Source: Candidatus Omnitrophota bacterium (GTDB taxonomy: Bacteria; Omnitrophota; Omnitrophia; Omnitrophales; Aquincolibacteriaceae). From it: a DNA stretch of 24,702 nt. A program made the position numbers and the translations under genes. The DNA lies in the NCBI GenBank assembly GCA_023247135.1, contig JAHFHB010000001.1:1-24702 (forward strand), given 5' to 3'. Positions 1 to 8,277 of this stretch are shown one piece after another; position 1 is the first letter of the stretch, and every line of letters starts with the position of its first letter. The notes under the pieces are model-generated. The model saw nothing but the letters and a program-made list of their open reading frames with translations. It was not told the DNA's origin and ran no database searches.

Positions 1-2
1 TG

Positions 3-932
3 CTGAGGTCAGCGCTATCTTCATTCATGATTCACATGGTGGAAGATAGCGCTGACCTCAGCAACGAGATCGCGCTCAATTCCTCAATTGTGAACGGAGC
101 CAGATTACTGGGGCCTTCCGTGGCGGGGCTGCTGATCGCGGCCTCCGGCGAAGGCATTTGTTTTTTGGTTGACGGGTTGAGTTATCTGGCGGTGATTTAT
201 TGCCTTTACGCGATGACAATACGCAAAGTTGATTTTAAGCCGGCGGGGAATGTGCTGCAAAGCCTGCGCGAAGGCGTTGATTATGCGTTCGGTGCTGCTT
301 CACCCATCCGCTCCATTCTTCTTCTGCTCGCCATCGTCAGTTTTATGGGACTGCCTTACATGATGCTGATGCCGATTTTCGCCGACCGGCTGGCGGGCGG
401 AGGCCCCAAAATTTTAGGCTTTCTCATGGGCTCCGCAGGCCTGGGCGCGCTCACAGCCGGGCTGTCTCTGGCGGCTAGGAAACATGTGCGCGGACTTGTA
501 CGCTGGATGCCGCTTTCTACCGCGATTTTTGGTTTTAGCCTGATCCTGTTTGCTTTCTCGCACACACTTTGGTTTTCACTACCGCTGACCGTTGTGGCCG
601 GTTACGGCATGATGATGGAAATGGCCGCGAGTAATACGGTGCTGCAGACGATTGTGGATGACAATAAGCGCGGCCGCGTGATGAGTTTTTACACGATGTC
701 TTTTGTGGGGATGGCGCCGCTCGGCAGTTTGTGGGCGGGTTTTCTTGCCCAAAAAATCGGAGCCGACCACACCCTCATGATCGGCGGAACGGCCTGCCTG
801 ACCGGCGCACTGTTTTTTTCTCTCGAAATCCCACGCCTGCGCGAACTTATCCGGCCCATTTACATTCGTAAAGGCATTATTCAGAAGGCGCTGGCGGGTG
901 TGCAGGCGGCCGCGGCACTCAGCGAAGACTAA
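3..932 (+). CDS. MFS transporter (MFS_3/DUF894-like), 5'-truncated by window edge
   Basis: Frame is open from position 3. It contains IALNSSIVNGARLLGPSVAG, LQTIVDDNKRGRVMS and multiple hydrophobic TM segments typical of this MFS family. Confidence 0.9.
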   Translation: MRSALSSFMIHMVEDSADLSNEIALNSSIVNGARLLGPSVAGLLIAASGEGICFLVDGLSYLAVIYCLYAMTIRKVDFKPAGNVLQSLREGVDYAFGAASPIRSILLLLAIVSFMGLPYMMLMPIFADRLAGGGPKILGFLMGSAGLGALTAGLSLAARKHVRGLVRWMPLSTAIFGFSLILFAFSHTLWFSLPLTVVAGYGMMMEMAASNTVLQTIVDDNKRGRVMSFYTMSFVGMAPLGSLWAGFLAQKIGADHTLMIGGTACLTGALFFSLEIPRLRELIRPIYIRKGIIQKALAGVQAAAALSED

Positions 933-948
933 CCTGTGTTTGCAGCCG

Positions 949-972
949 CCGTTACCGGGTGGGTACGGTTTT
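949..972 (+). terminator. possible weak intrinsic terminator after the MFS gene
   Basis: ccgttacc-gggtg-ggtacgg imperfect stem followed by tttt, 17 nt after the stop codon. Confidence 0.3.
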
Positions 973-1057
973 CTGTAACTTATGCCGATAAATGCACTTA
1001 GCCCACACTTAAAAATTTTACCTTTGAATAGGCCGGGTGTTAGGGCCCCAAAAGAGG

Positions 1058-1063
1058 TATAAT
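1058..1063 (+). promoter_or_regulatory. candidate sigma70 -10 box for desaturase #1
   Basis: Perfect TATAAT 35 nt upstream of ATG 1098, with RBS GAGAGGA in between. No convincing -35. Confidence 0.35.
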
Positions 1064-1097
1064 TCAAGTAGTCATCGTTAGGTGAGAGGAGCATTTT

Positions 1098-2267
1098 ATG
1101 GAAGTTGTCAATTCAGTTAGAAAGACGATTTGGTTTAATATCGGCTTTTTTGCCGTCACGACCGTTCTCGGTGTGATCGGATGGCCGCTGTATGCCTGGC
1201 ATCATGGGGTTTCGGGTGCGGAACTGGCTCTGTTTGTTTTTTATGTTTGGGCCACTGGCTTGGGGATTACGGTCGGTTATCACCGTCTTTTTGCGCATAC
1301 CACCTACAAGGCTAACCCAGTCATTCGTTTTCTTCTTTTATTCTTCGGGGCGGCCGCTTTTGAACAGACGGCTTTGGACTGGGCATCCCAGCACCGCGAT
1401 CATCACCGCTATGTGGATACGGACATGGATCCCTACAGCATTAAAAAGGGATTTTTCTACGCCCACATCGGCTGGCTGATTTTCTGGAAACACAAAATTC
1501 ATTACGAGAATGCGCTGGATTTACAGAAAGACCCGATGGTGATGCATCAGCATAAAAATTACCTGCTTTGGTGCGCCGGCGCGGGCATCGTCACGCCGGT
1601 GTTGATCGGCGCTTGTTTCGGGCATGCGCTTGGCGCGTTTTTGCTTGCCGTGTGTCTGAGAATCACGTTTGTGTATCACTCCACTTTCTGCATTAATTCA
1701 GTCTGTCACATGTTCGGCAAGTCGACTTACGATGTGAACGCGACGGCCAAGGATCATTGGCTTGTGGCGCTGGTTACCTTTGGCGAAGGCTACCACAATT
1801 TTCACCACAAGTTTCCCGTGGACTACCGCAACGGCATCCGCTGGTTCGATTTTGATCCAAGCAAATGGCTTATCCGCGGCATGGCTTTTTTGGGTTTAGT
1901 GCACGAGTTGAAACGCACGTCAAAGTTCAGAATTCTCGAAGCCCGTCTGGCTGGTGAAAAAGCGAGTACGAGCCACCTGCTTCAGGGTTTTGCCATGCAG
2001 CCGTTCGTTGCCAAACCGCTTGAACAGCTTCAGGCTCAGTACGTGCTTGTGCGTCAGCGGCTTGAGGGGTGGGAGGATGCCGTCCGGAATTATCGCGTTC
2101 TCGTGAAAGAACAGATGGCGGCCCATTCCGAAGAAATCAAGCTTGCAGCCGGCCAGAAAATTCGCGAAGCCCATGAGCATTTTCAGCAGGCCTACGGCCA
2201 ATGGCGCGAACTGATCAGCCTGCCGCCTTTGCAGCTCCAGCTTTCCCTTTCCGCCATTCCCGCTTAA
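1098..2267 (+). CDS. membrane delta-9-type fatty acid desaturase #1 with ~100-aa helical C-terminal extension
   Basis: Three His boxes HRLFAH, HRDHH and GEGYHNFHH, plus DYRNG and DPSKW motifs. RBS present. The C-terminal extension has no cytochrome b5 HPGG motif. Confidence 0.95.
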   Translation: MEVVNSVRKTIWFNIGFFAVTTVLGVIGWPLYAWHHGVSGAELALFVFYVWATGLGITVGYHRLFAHTTYKANPVIRFLLLFFGAAAFEQTALDWASQHRDHHRYVDTDMDPYSIKKGFFYAHIGWLIFWKHKIHYENALDLQKDPMVMHQHKNYLLWCAGAGIVTPVLIGACFGHALGAFLLAVCLRITFVYHSTFCINSVCHMFGKSTYDVNATAKDHWLVALVTFGEGYHNFHHKFPVDYRNGIRWFDFDPSKWLIRGMAFLGLVHELKRTSKFRILEARLAGEKASTSHLLQGFAMQPFVAKPLEQLQAQYVLVRQRLEGWEDAVRNYRVLVKEQMAAHSEEIKLAAGQKIREAHEHFQQAYGQWRELISLPPLQLQLSLSAIPA

Positions 2268-2287
2268 CGAATCTGCCGGAGTTTTTT

Positions 2288-2734
2288 ATGAGCGAACATG
2301 ATCCATTCATGACGGCTGCGATTGAGGAAGCGCGCAGGGGACTTGCGGAAGGCGGCATTCCGATCGGTTCGGTGCTGGTCAAAGACGGCGCGATCCTCGG
2401 GCGCGGGCACAACCGGCGCGTGCAAAAGAAATCGGCCGTGCTGCATGCGGAAATGGATTGCCTGGAAAACGCGGGCCGGCTCAAAGCCGCCGATTATCAA
2501 AAGTGCGTGATTTATTCCACGCTTTCGCCCTGCGATATGTGCACGGGCACGATCCTGCTTTACAAAATTCCCACGGTTGTGATCGGCGAGAACGAAACTT
2601 TTCAGGGGCCCGAAGGCTATTCGCAAAGCCGGGGCGTGAAACTGATCAACCTTCAGTCCGAAGAATGCAAGCGGCTCATGCGTGATTTCATCCGCCAGCG
2701 GCCGGAACTCTGGAATGAGGATATCGGCGTTTAG
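2288..2734 (+). CDS. zinc-dependent cytosine deaminase (yeast FCY1-like, cytidine/deoxycytidylate deaminase fold)
   Basis: HAE and PCDMC Zn motifs, EGGIPIG, GHNRRVQ, and C-terminal WNEDIG matching the FCY1 lid. ATG 2288 is preferred over the longer ORF-track start. Confidence 0.9.
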   Translation: MSEHDPFMTAAIEEARRGLAEGGIPIGSVLVKDGAILGRGHNRRVQKKSAVLHAEMDCLENAGRLKAADYQKCVIYSTLSPCDMCTGTILLYKIPTVVIGENETFQGPEGYSQSRGVKLINLQSEECKRLMRDFIRQRPELWNEDIGV

Positions 2735-2792
2735 CCTCAAACGAATCCAGACGGTCCGTGGGTTTAAACGCTGTCACAAGAGACCGGTGAAG

Positions 2793-3176
2793 ATGCGTAG
2801 ACTAAAATCCCCTTTTAGTTTTGTCATTCTGGGCAGCCTTTTTCTTTTCTGCGGCTTTTTGAGCCGGTCCAAAAAATCATCGGATGAAATGACAGTCGTT
2901 TTAAACGGCAGTCAGCCCTACGCCCACCAATACTACGAGACCCAAGATAAAAACAAAGTGACGGTGTTCGGACAAATTTACCGGCCGAGGCCGGATCTCG
3001 CGGTGATGGAAATCCTGACCGACAATGGCCAACCCCTGGATGTAGTATCTGTCAGAATTAAAACCAAGGATGGTAAAACAGTGGCGGGGCAAGTGCGCCG
3101 CTTGCCATTTGATTTTATGCCCACGGCCAGAAAAAATTATCAACCTCCGGAAAGCCCCAGTGAAGTTCGCGGCTAA
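2793..3176 (+). CDS. hypothetical exported or membrane-anchored protein (127 aa)
   Basis: MRRLK followed by a hydrophobic stretch (FSFVILGSLFLFCGFL), then a beta-rich polar body. Overlaps the next gene's GTG by 17 nt. Confidence 0.6.
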   Translation: MRRLKSPFSFVILGSLFLFCGFLSRSKKSSDEMTVVLNGSQPYAHQYYETQDKNKVTVFGQIYRPRPDLAVMEILTDNGQPLDVVSVRIKTKDGKTVAGQVRRLPFDFMPTARKNYQPPESPSEVRG

Positions 3177-6100
3177 AGTTTTGCTTGTGCTGATGGCCTG
3201 CGCTCTGGCGCTCCCTTCTTGCCCGGCTTTTGCCAATGAAGATGACGGGGAGCCGCGGGTCAACACGGGCGGCGAAGGCGGCGGCTCCAGAGGAGGGGGA
3301 GGCAATACGGCAGCGGTGGCTCTCGAAGCTGCCACCTTGATTTACCAAGTCATGAAGCACAGAAATGATAAAGACTCTTCGGGGCCCCGGCAAATCCCGC
3401 CGCCATCGGTGATTACGGTCGTAGAGTTTCCCATCGATCCGCACTTTGACGGGGGTGCGACGGTAGAAATTGAAGCGAAGCAAAACGGCAAGGCCGTCAC
3501 TTATGAAATTCCTGCGACGATTACACCGGCGGACAAAAAGCCGTGCTGTGAATTGACCTCGCTGACATTCACTAACCTCTGGCAGGAAGAAGTGGAAGTT
3601 CAGGTGCGAGGAGCCAAAAGCCAAAAACTGGCGTCCGGCCAATCTGCAGAATTCAGCGGCAACTTTGGCGAGTGCACGCGCCTCTCGGTTGTCGGAAAGA
3701 ACGGCTCTAAACTTGCCGAGGACGTGCCCTTGTGCTGCAAGGATCTGGCCGCGGGGAAAACGCCTTCTTTTGAGGCAGTCCGGCTGTTGGGTTTTAAGTT
3801 TAAAAACAAGGAAAACTGTCCCGGAGAAAATCAGCCGCCGCCCCCGAAGGCCCCGGAACCGCAAAAAACTCCGCCGGAAGATGAAAGAACGCCGTGGATG
3901 CCGCCACTGCCTAAAATGCCCCCCATGCCGAAGGAAGGCCAGCCGCCTGCCAAGACCCCGCCGGAGGATGAAAGAACACCGTGGATGCCGCCGCTGCCCA
4001 AGATGCCCCCGATGCCCAAAGGGGGTACGACCGTTCAGCCGCCGCCTGCTGAGGTCCCGCCGGTTTGCCGCTGCGAGTGCCAGACCGAATGGGGCGAAGG
4101 CACCAAGCCGCATGCCGAGTGGGTGCTGCCGCAGGGCCAGAACGTTATTCGCATCAATGAGCATGCGGGATTTAAAATCGAGGCTTGGGATTTTGATGTG
4201 CTGGCCAAGAAATGTAAAGCAGCCGACAGCGGGCTTTATCGTCTCAAAAACCTGCTGCTGGAAGATGCCATGAAATACACATGGACGGTGGAAGGTGCTG
4301 AAATCGTCGGGAAAAACGACGGACCCGCATTGTTAATCAAGGCCGGCAAAAAACCGGGGTGGATTGAAATCCGGGCGGAGGTGACGGATCAGGGCGGCAA
4401 GACGAAAGACAAACCTGCGCCGATTGTTTTGAAAGCAAAAGTAGAAGTCGTCGCTGTCAATGGTTCCAGAAAAACCGGTGCTGCGTCGGCCGCCGCGGCG
4501 CTTTCCAGAAAAGACGCGGAAAGAACAGCTCTTGAGGCCGCGCTGAAAGCTGAAGAGTCCAGCCATCAAAGCGGCGCATGCAGTCTTGAGCTGGATTGGG
4601 CGCAAAAGGAGGGGCTGAAGCTTTATTTGAAACAAGGGGTGCGTTCACCGCGGCCCGTGCTTTGTGTCAATGACGTGACTCTTATCGATGCGCGCGCGCA
4701 AGATTTCGATGTGCTTCAGGCGCAGTGCGGCTCTGAAGCCTTGCAGTGTCCAAAAACCAAAGAGACTCTGGATGATCCTGCGCATTACGACTGGAAGCCG
4801 GACGCAGGGCTGTGTTTAGCGGATTATCAGGGAGCTTCTGAAATTTATGAAGCGCCGGTTGCGGCGGCGCCGGTTAAGATTGAGGCCAAGGTGACGGACA
4901 GCGCGCTGCAGCAAATCGATGATCCTCTGGTTTCTGACGCGCCGCTCAAGGTTTGTGAAATTAAAGACCGCTTTATTGAAGTGGCGGGTAAGAATAAAGG
5001 CAAGCAGGCCGCTGTTTGCCAGGGAGATCCTGTGATTTTTAAAGCCAAGCCCAATCCTGATGATGCGGACTGCCATAAGGAGCTTTTGTGGTTTGTTGAA
5101 GACCCGAAGGGCGAGCTGGCCGGCGTCAAAGAAGCCGTCAAAGATTATCCTTTTACCCCCAAAGACTCGGGCGTTTATCAGGCCACAGGCCGCTGCGGCT
5201 GCTGCAGCGAAGATGCGCTGCAGCTGAATGTGTGCACCGTGGGACCCATTGAAGCCAAGTACCTCGAAGAGGAAGCCTACGGGGAAGCCTTCCGTATTTG
5301 TTCTAACACCAAAGTGGAACTCAAAACGTCTGTGCCGGATATTCCGGCTTGCAAAAAACTAAAATGGATCATTACCCGCAGCAATGCCACTGTGTTTGAA
5401 GGTTCTGGCACCACGATTGAATACAATTTTCCGGCCATGGGGCGTTACCGTATTCGTGTGGAGAATGAAGACCCTGCGATGCAGTCTTGCGGCCAGCAGG
5501 TGGATGCCGAAGTTGGCGAGATCAATTCGGATTCGATCGAGAAAGCGGTTTGTCTGGAAGAAACACCGCAGACCGCGGGTGTGGATGTAGACAGGCCCGG
5601 TTCAGGAACGCGCAATTGGCAGATGGAGTTTGAAGTTTTTGATCCGAAAAAAGCCCTGGTTTCCGTAACCAGCCGGGGTGATTATCAGCCGAAAATCATG
5701 GTGCCCACCAAAGGCGATGGCCGTGCGGCATTTTTCTACCGGGCCAAACTGCGCAGTCTGGCGCTCAAAGACCAGCAGCTCATGATCCGCGTTCTCTCCC
5801 CTCAGGGCAGCGAGCTTTGCCACAAGGAAATTCAGCTTACGCATCATCAAGTCAGCGGCGTCAGCGTGAGCGGCACCGATGGCAATTGGGTGCAGGACCG
5901 CCTCTACCCGGACGGCCAAAGCGTTGAGGATCCGCTCTTTCACGACAAGGTCGTGGTGCATGCCAAATTACAGCCGTTGCCTGAAAAACCTAAAAACATT
6001 TATTTTTCTGCTTTTGATATCGACGACCCCTCGGATGATCCTGCCGTGGATTTAAACGGCAGCCGGGGCTATGATAACCGGGGTAATCCCAACATCGGGA

Positions 6101-7158
6101 CGTTTGAGCAGAGCGTCAGCAGCACCTCAGCGCAGGGGCAGGCCGCAGTGGCTTTTCATGCCACGCATCAACCCGGCGATAACTTTGAAATGGCCGCGGC
6201 TTGCCAGCAAAAAACGGTTGAAGATATGGCGCTGATGGATGCCAACGGCCGGGCGCTTGTTTTTCCGGATGGCAGTTTTGTTCCGGATGAGAATATCAGC
6301 CCGCCGTTTATTGTGTGGCGCAAACTGCATGTCGAACGTGATTCGATGGCCGCGGCCGACGAGATTGTCTATACGGGGAAGGTCAAATCCGTCAGCCCCA
6401 AAGGAAAATTGAGCGTGATCGAACTGGACCGTAACTTCTCCGACAGTGAAAATGAGGGCAAGGAAGATTATTTTACGGACGGAAGGATCGTGGTAGGTGC
6501 CGTCAGTCTCAAAGTGCTCTTTAGCAGTAACAATCCCTGGTTTTTAAACGATGAAGTGATTGTCCGGGGCAACATCTCTCAGGACATGGCGGGCCAGCCA
6601 TACAGACTTTACGAAGATGATGATGAAACCCTCTTGCCTCAAACTTTGGATACCTCCCTTTTGGCGGAGGCTATGAAAGAAGCTTTTGTGGAAGTGACTG
6701 TTGAGGAAGCCATGACGCAAAACGACGTGCCTTTTCAGAGGCATCTGGGCCAGTGGGAAATCTCTCCGGCGGATGTTATTTCCGCGGTCCTGCCTACCCG
6801 GCAGCTCAAGCCTCGCGAGAATTATTGGGGGGTGACCCTGCTGACCGCTTTTGAACCCGGCACGGATGAAGACGGCGATCCTTTTTCGGACGGCTGGGTA
6901 GCGGGTATTGCCGAAGCGTTGAGGGGAAATTTTAACGCCGCGCTCTTTTTCCCGGAAATATTCCGTGAGATATCACGGAGTAAAAAGATTGCCTATGAAC
7001 CTATTGTGCGGCTTGTCGTCGCGCACGAAGTCGGCCACACACAGAACGGACAGCATGAGGACGGTGAAATCATGGCCGCGGGCAAAGCGAACACGTTTCA
7101 GTCCAGACATTACAGCGGGAAAACGATCTACACTCTAAGAGAGGATAAAGCCCCATGA
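3160..7158 (+). CDS. large secreted multidomain protein (~1332 aa): Cys-rich, Pro-rich repeat, Ig/PKD-like modules, C-terminal zincin-like motif
   Basis: 4-kb open frame. GTG 3160 gives a signal peptide ending PAFA. About 29 Cys by my count in the mature part. HEVGHTQNGQH then IM at 7024-7074. Confidence 0.85.
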   Translation: MKFAAKVLLVLMACALALPSCPAFANEDDGEPRVNTGGEGGGSRGGGGNTAAVALEAATLIYQVMKHRNDKDSSGPRQIPPPSVITVVEFPIDPHFDGGATVEIEAKQNGKAVTYEIPATITPADKKPCCELTSLTFTNLWQEEVEVQVRGAKSQKLASGQSAEFSGNFGECTRLSVVGKNGSKLAEDVPLCCKDLAAGKTPSFEAVRLLGFKFKNKENCPGENQPPPPKAPEPQKTPPEDERTPWMPPLPKMPPMPKEGQPPAKTPPEDERTPWMPPLPKMPPMPKGGTTVQPPPAEVPPVCRCECQTEWGEGTKPHAEWVLPQGQNVIRINEHAGFKIEAWDFDVLAKKCKAADSGLYRLKNLLLEDAMKYTWTVEGAEIVGKNDGPALLIKAGKKPGWIEIRAEVTDQGGKTKDKPAPIVLKAKVEVVAVNGSRKTGAASAAAALSRKDAERTALEAALKAEESSHQSGACSLELDWAQKEGLKLYLKQGVRSPRPVLCVNDVTLIDARAQDFDVLQAQCGSEALQCPKTKETLDDPAHYDWKPDAGLCLADYQGASEIYEAPVAAAPVKIEAKVTDSALQQIDDPLVSDAPLKVCEIKDRFIEVAGKNKGKQAAVCQGDPVIFKAKPNPDDADCHKELLWFVEDPKGELAGVKEAVKDYPFTPKDSGVYQATGRCGCCSEDALQLNVCTVGPIEAKYLEEEAYGEAFRICSNTKVELKTSVPDIPACKKLKWIITRSNATVFEGSGTTIEYNFPAMGRYRIRVENEDPAMQSCGQQVDAEVGEINSDSIEKAVCLEETPQTAGVDVDRPGSGTRNWQMEFEVFDPKKALVSVTSRGDYQPKIMVPTKGDGRAAFFYRAKLRSLALKDQQLMIRVLSPQGSELCHKEIQLTHHQVSGVSVSGTDGNWVQDRLYPDGQSVEDPLFHDKVVVHAKLQPLPEKPKNIYFSAFDIDDPSDDPAVDLNGSRGYDNRGNPNIGTFEQSVSSTSAQGQAAVAFHATHQPGDNFEMAAACQQKTVEDMALMDANGRALVFPDGSFVPDENISPPFIVWRKLHVERDSMAAADEIVYTGKVKSVSPKGKLSVIELDRNFSDSENEGKEDYFTDGRIVVGAVSLKVLFSSNNPWFLNDEVIVRGNISQDMAGQPYRLYEDDDETLLPQTLDTSLLAEAMKEAFVEVTVEEAMTQNDVPFQRHLGQWEISPADVISAVLPTRQLKPRENYWGVTLLTAFEPGTDEDGDPFSDGWVAGIAEALRGNFNAALFFPEIFREISRSKKIAYEPIVRLVVAHEVGHTQNGQHEDGEIMAAGKANTFQSRHYSGKTIYTLREDKAP
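3865..4020 (+). repeat. intragenic tandem repeat: 2 x 23 aa (KTPPEDERTPWMPPLPKMPPMPK), 87-nt period
   Basis: Copies at 3865-3933 and 3952-4020 encode identical peptides, with 10 synonymous nucleotide differences. Confidence 0.97.
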
Positions 7159-8150
7159 AGATTTTCCGGTTTGGGGTCTTGACAGCTTTGGGGATTCTAG
7201 CGAGCTCCGTGATTTTTGTTCTGCATGCCGCCAGCCCTGAGGATATCCGCTTGCATTTTGAGGCGCAGCCGGTCAAGGCGGCGCCTCTGGCCCCGCTTTT
7301 TTATACCGTAGAATTGAAAAATATTTCCGGCCAGCCCATCCTGTTTCAGGAATTCAGCCTGAACCCGCTGACGGGCATGCTCGCTTTTTATGTGCGTAAA
7401 AAAGGAACGGCTGAATTCAAACCCTGGGGCTATGAGCAAACCCGTTTTTACATCTTAAAAGAAAGGACCCTGGCCCCCGGCGAAGCCGTGGCGGCCGAAG
7501 GGGCTTTGCTTTACGATGAACTCAGCCGTTCGTTCCCACTTTTAGAACCCGGAGAGTACGAGGTCAAGGCGCGCTTTCATTCCGGAGCAGACGGCCTGGA
7601 GCAAGACTCGGAAACCGTGACGATCACCGTTGTGCCGCCCTCAGCAGAAGAGGAACAAGCGGCCAAGGTGTTGCGCGGCGATCCCGAATTCAGCGAACGG
7701 CTTGTCCTGTTCGGGCTTCGCGAAACCGATGCGGCTCTGCTCGAACAAATCGCTGCTTTTTCTTCCGCCCGCCTCGGTCAATACGCCCTGTTCCGGCTGG
7801 GAGAATATTGGCTGACTCAGGCGGAACGCCTGTCGGATGCGCAGTCACGCAAACCCCTGGCTCAAAAAGCGCTGAATTATTTTCAGAAACTGGATGCCAA
7901 AGACCGCAGGCTTGCTTTCCGCAGCCGGTTTTTGTACAAAGCCGGTTACGCTTCCGGTCATCTTGACGATCCCGTCAAAGCTGTGCACGCCTATTGGGAT
8001 CCGCTGCTGAAGGAGTTTCCGGATTCTCCGCTGGCGACGAAAGCCCAAAAATACCTGAAGGCTCTGGAGGGCAGCGCCAGTTCCGAGGATACCCGTCTCA
8101 AGGATTACGCGATTGCCCTCATGAAAGCCCGCCAGAAAAAGCATCCTTGA
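7155..8150 (+). CDS. hypothetical secreted protein, N-terminal Ig-like beta domain plus C-terminal TPR-like helices
   Basis: ATGA overlap with the upstream gene and RBS GAGGA. Signal peptide ending VLHA. LEPGEYEVKARF beta motif, and YWDPLLKEFPDSPLATKAQKYL resembling BamD/CpoB-type TPR ends. Confidence 0.85.
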   Translation: MKIFRFGVLTALGILASSVIFVLHAASPEDIRLHFEAQPVKAAPLAPLFYTVELKNISGQPILFQEFSLNPLTGMLAFYVRKKGTAEFKPWGYEQTRFYILKERTLAPGEAVAAEGALLYDELSRSFPLLEPGEYEVKARFHSGADGLEQDSETVTITVVPPSAEEEQAAKVLRGDPEFSERLVLFGLRETDAALLEQIAAFSSARLGQYALFRLGEYWLTQAERLSDAQSRKPLAQKALNYFQKLDAKDRRLAFRSRFLYKAGYASGHLDDPVKAVHAYWDPLLKEFPDSPLATKAQKYLKALEGSASSEDTRLKDYAIALMKARQKKHP

Positions 8151-8179
8151 CCCTGACAGCCCGCGAGGACTTTAGGAAC

Positions 8180-8203
8180 GCCAGCTTTTTTGCCAGCTTT
8201 TTT
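8180..8203. repeat. exact 12-bp tandem duplication GCCAGCTTTTTT x2
   Basis: Read directly at 8180-8191 and 8192-8203 in the intergenic region. Confidence 0.9.
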
Positions 8204-8205
8204 GT

Positions 8206-8234
8206 TTGACCTTTAGTGTGGCCCGACTTACCCT
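8206..8234 (+). promoter_or_regulatory. candidate sigma70 promoter for the acyltransferase
   Basis: TTGACC-N17-TACCCT, 43 nt upstream of GTG 8278. Confidence 0.45.
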
Positions 8235-8277
8235 GTCCTTTTGAGGCCCGGCAGTCTTCTATTCATAACGAGGTTTT

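Noticed and set aside
1-26. First codons of the MFS frame (LRSALSSF) deviate from the usual PARQSF motif; possible foreign or low-quality sequence
   Set aside because: Only about 20 nt at the window edge; divergence, sequencing error and insertion cannot be distinguished.
2201-2287. Longer ORF-track start for the deaminase (177 aa)
   Set aside because: It overlaps desaturase #1 by 67 nt, and family homology begins at ATG 2288.
3115-4164. 349-aa antisense ORF and other antisense ORFs inside the giant gene
   Set aside because: Arg/Gly-rich shadows of GC-rich, Pro-rich sense codons, with no motifs or RBS.
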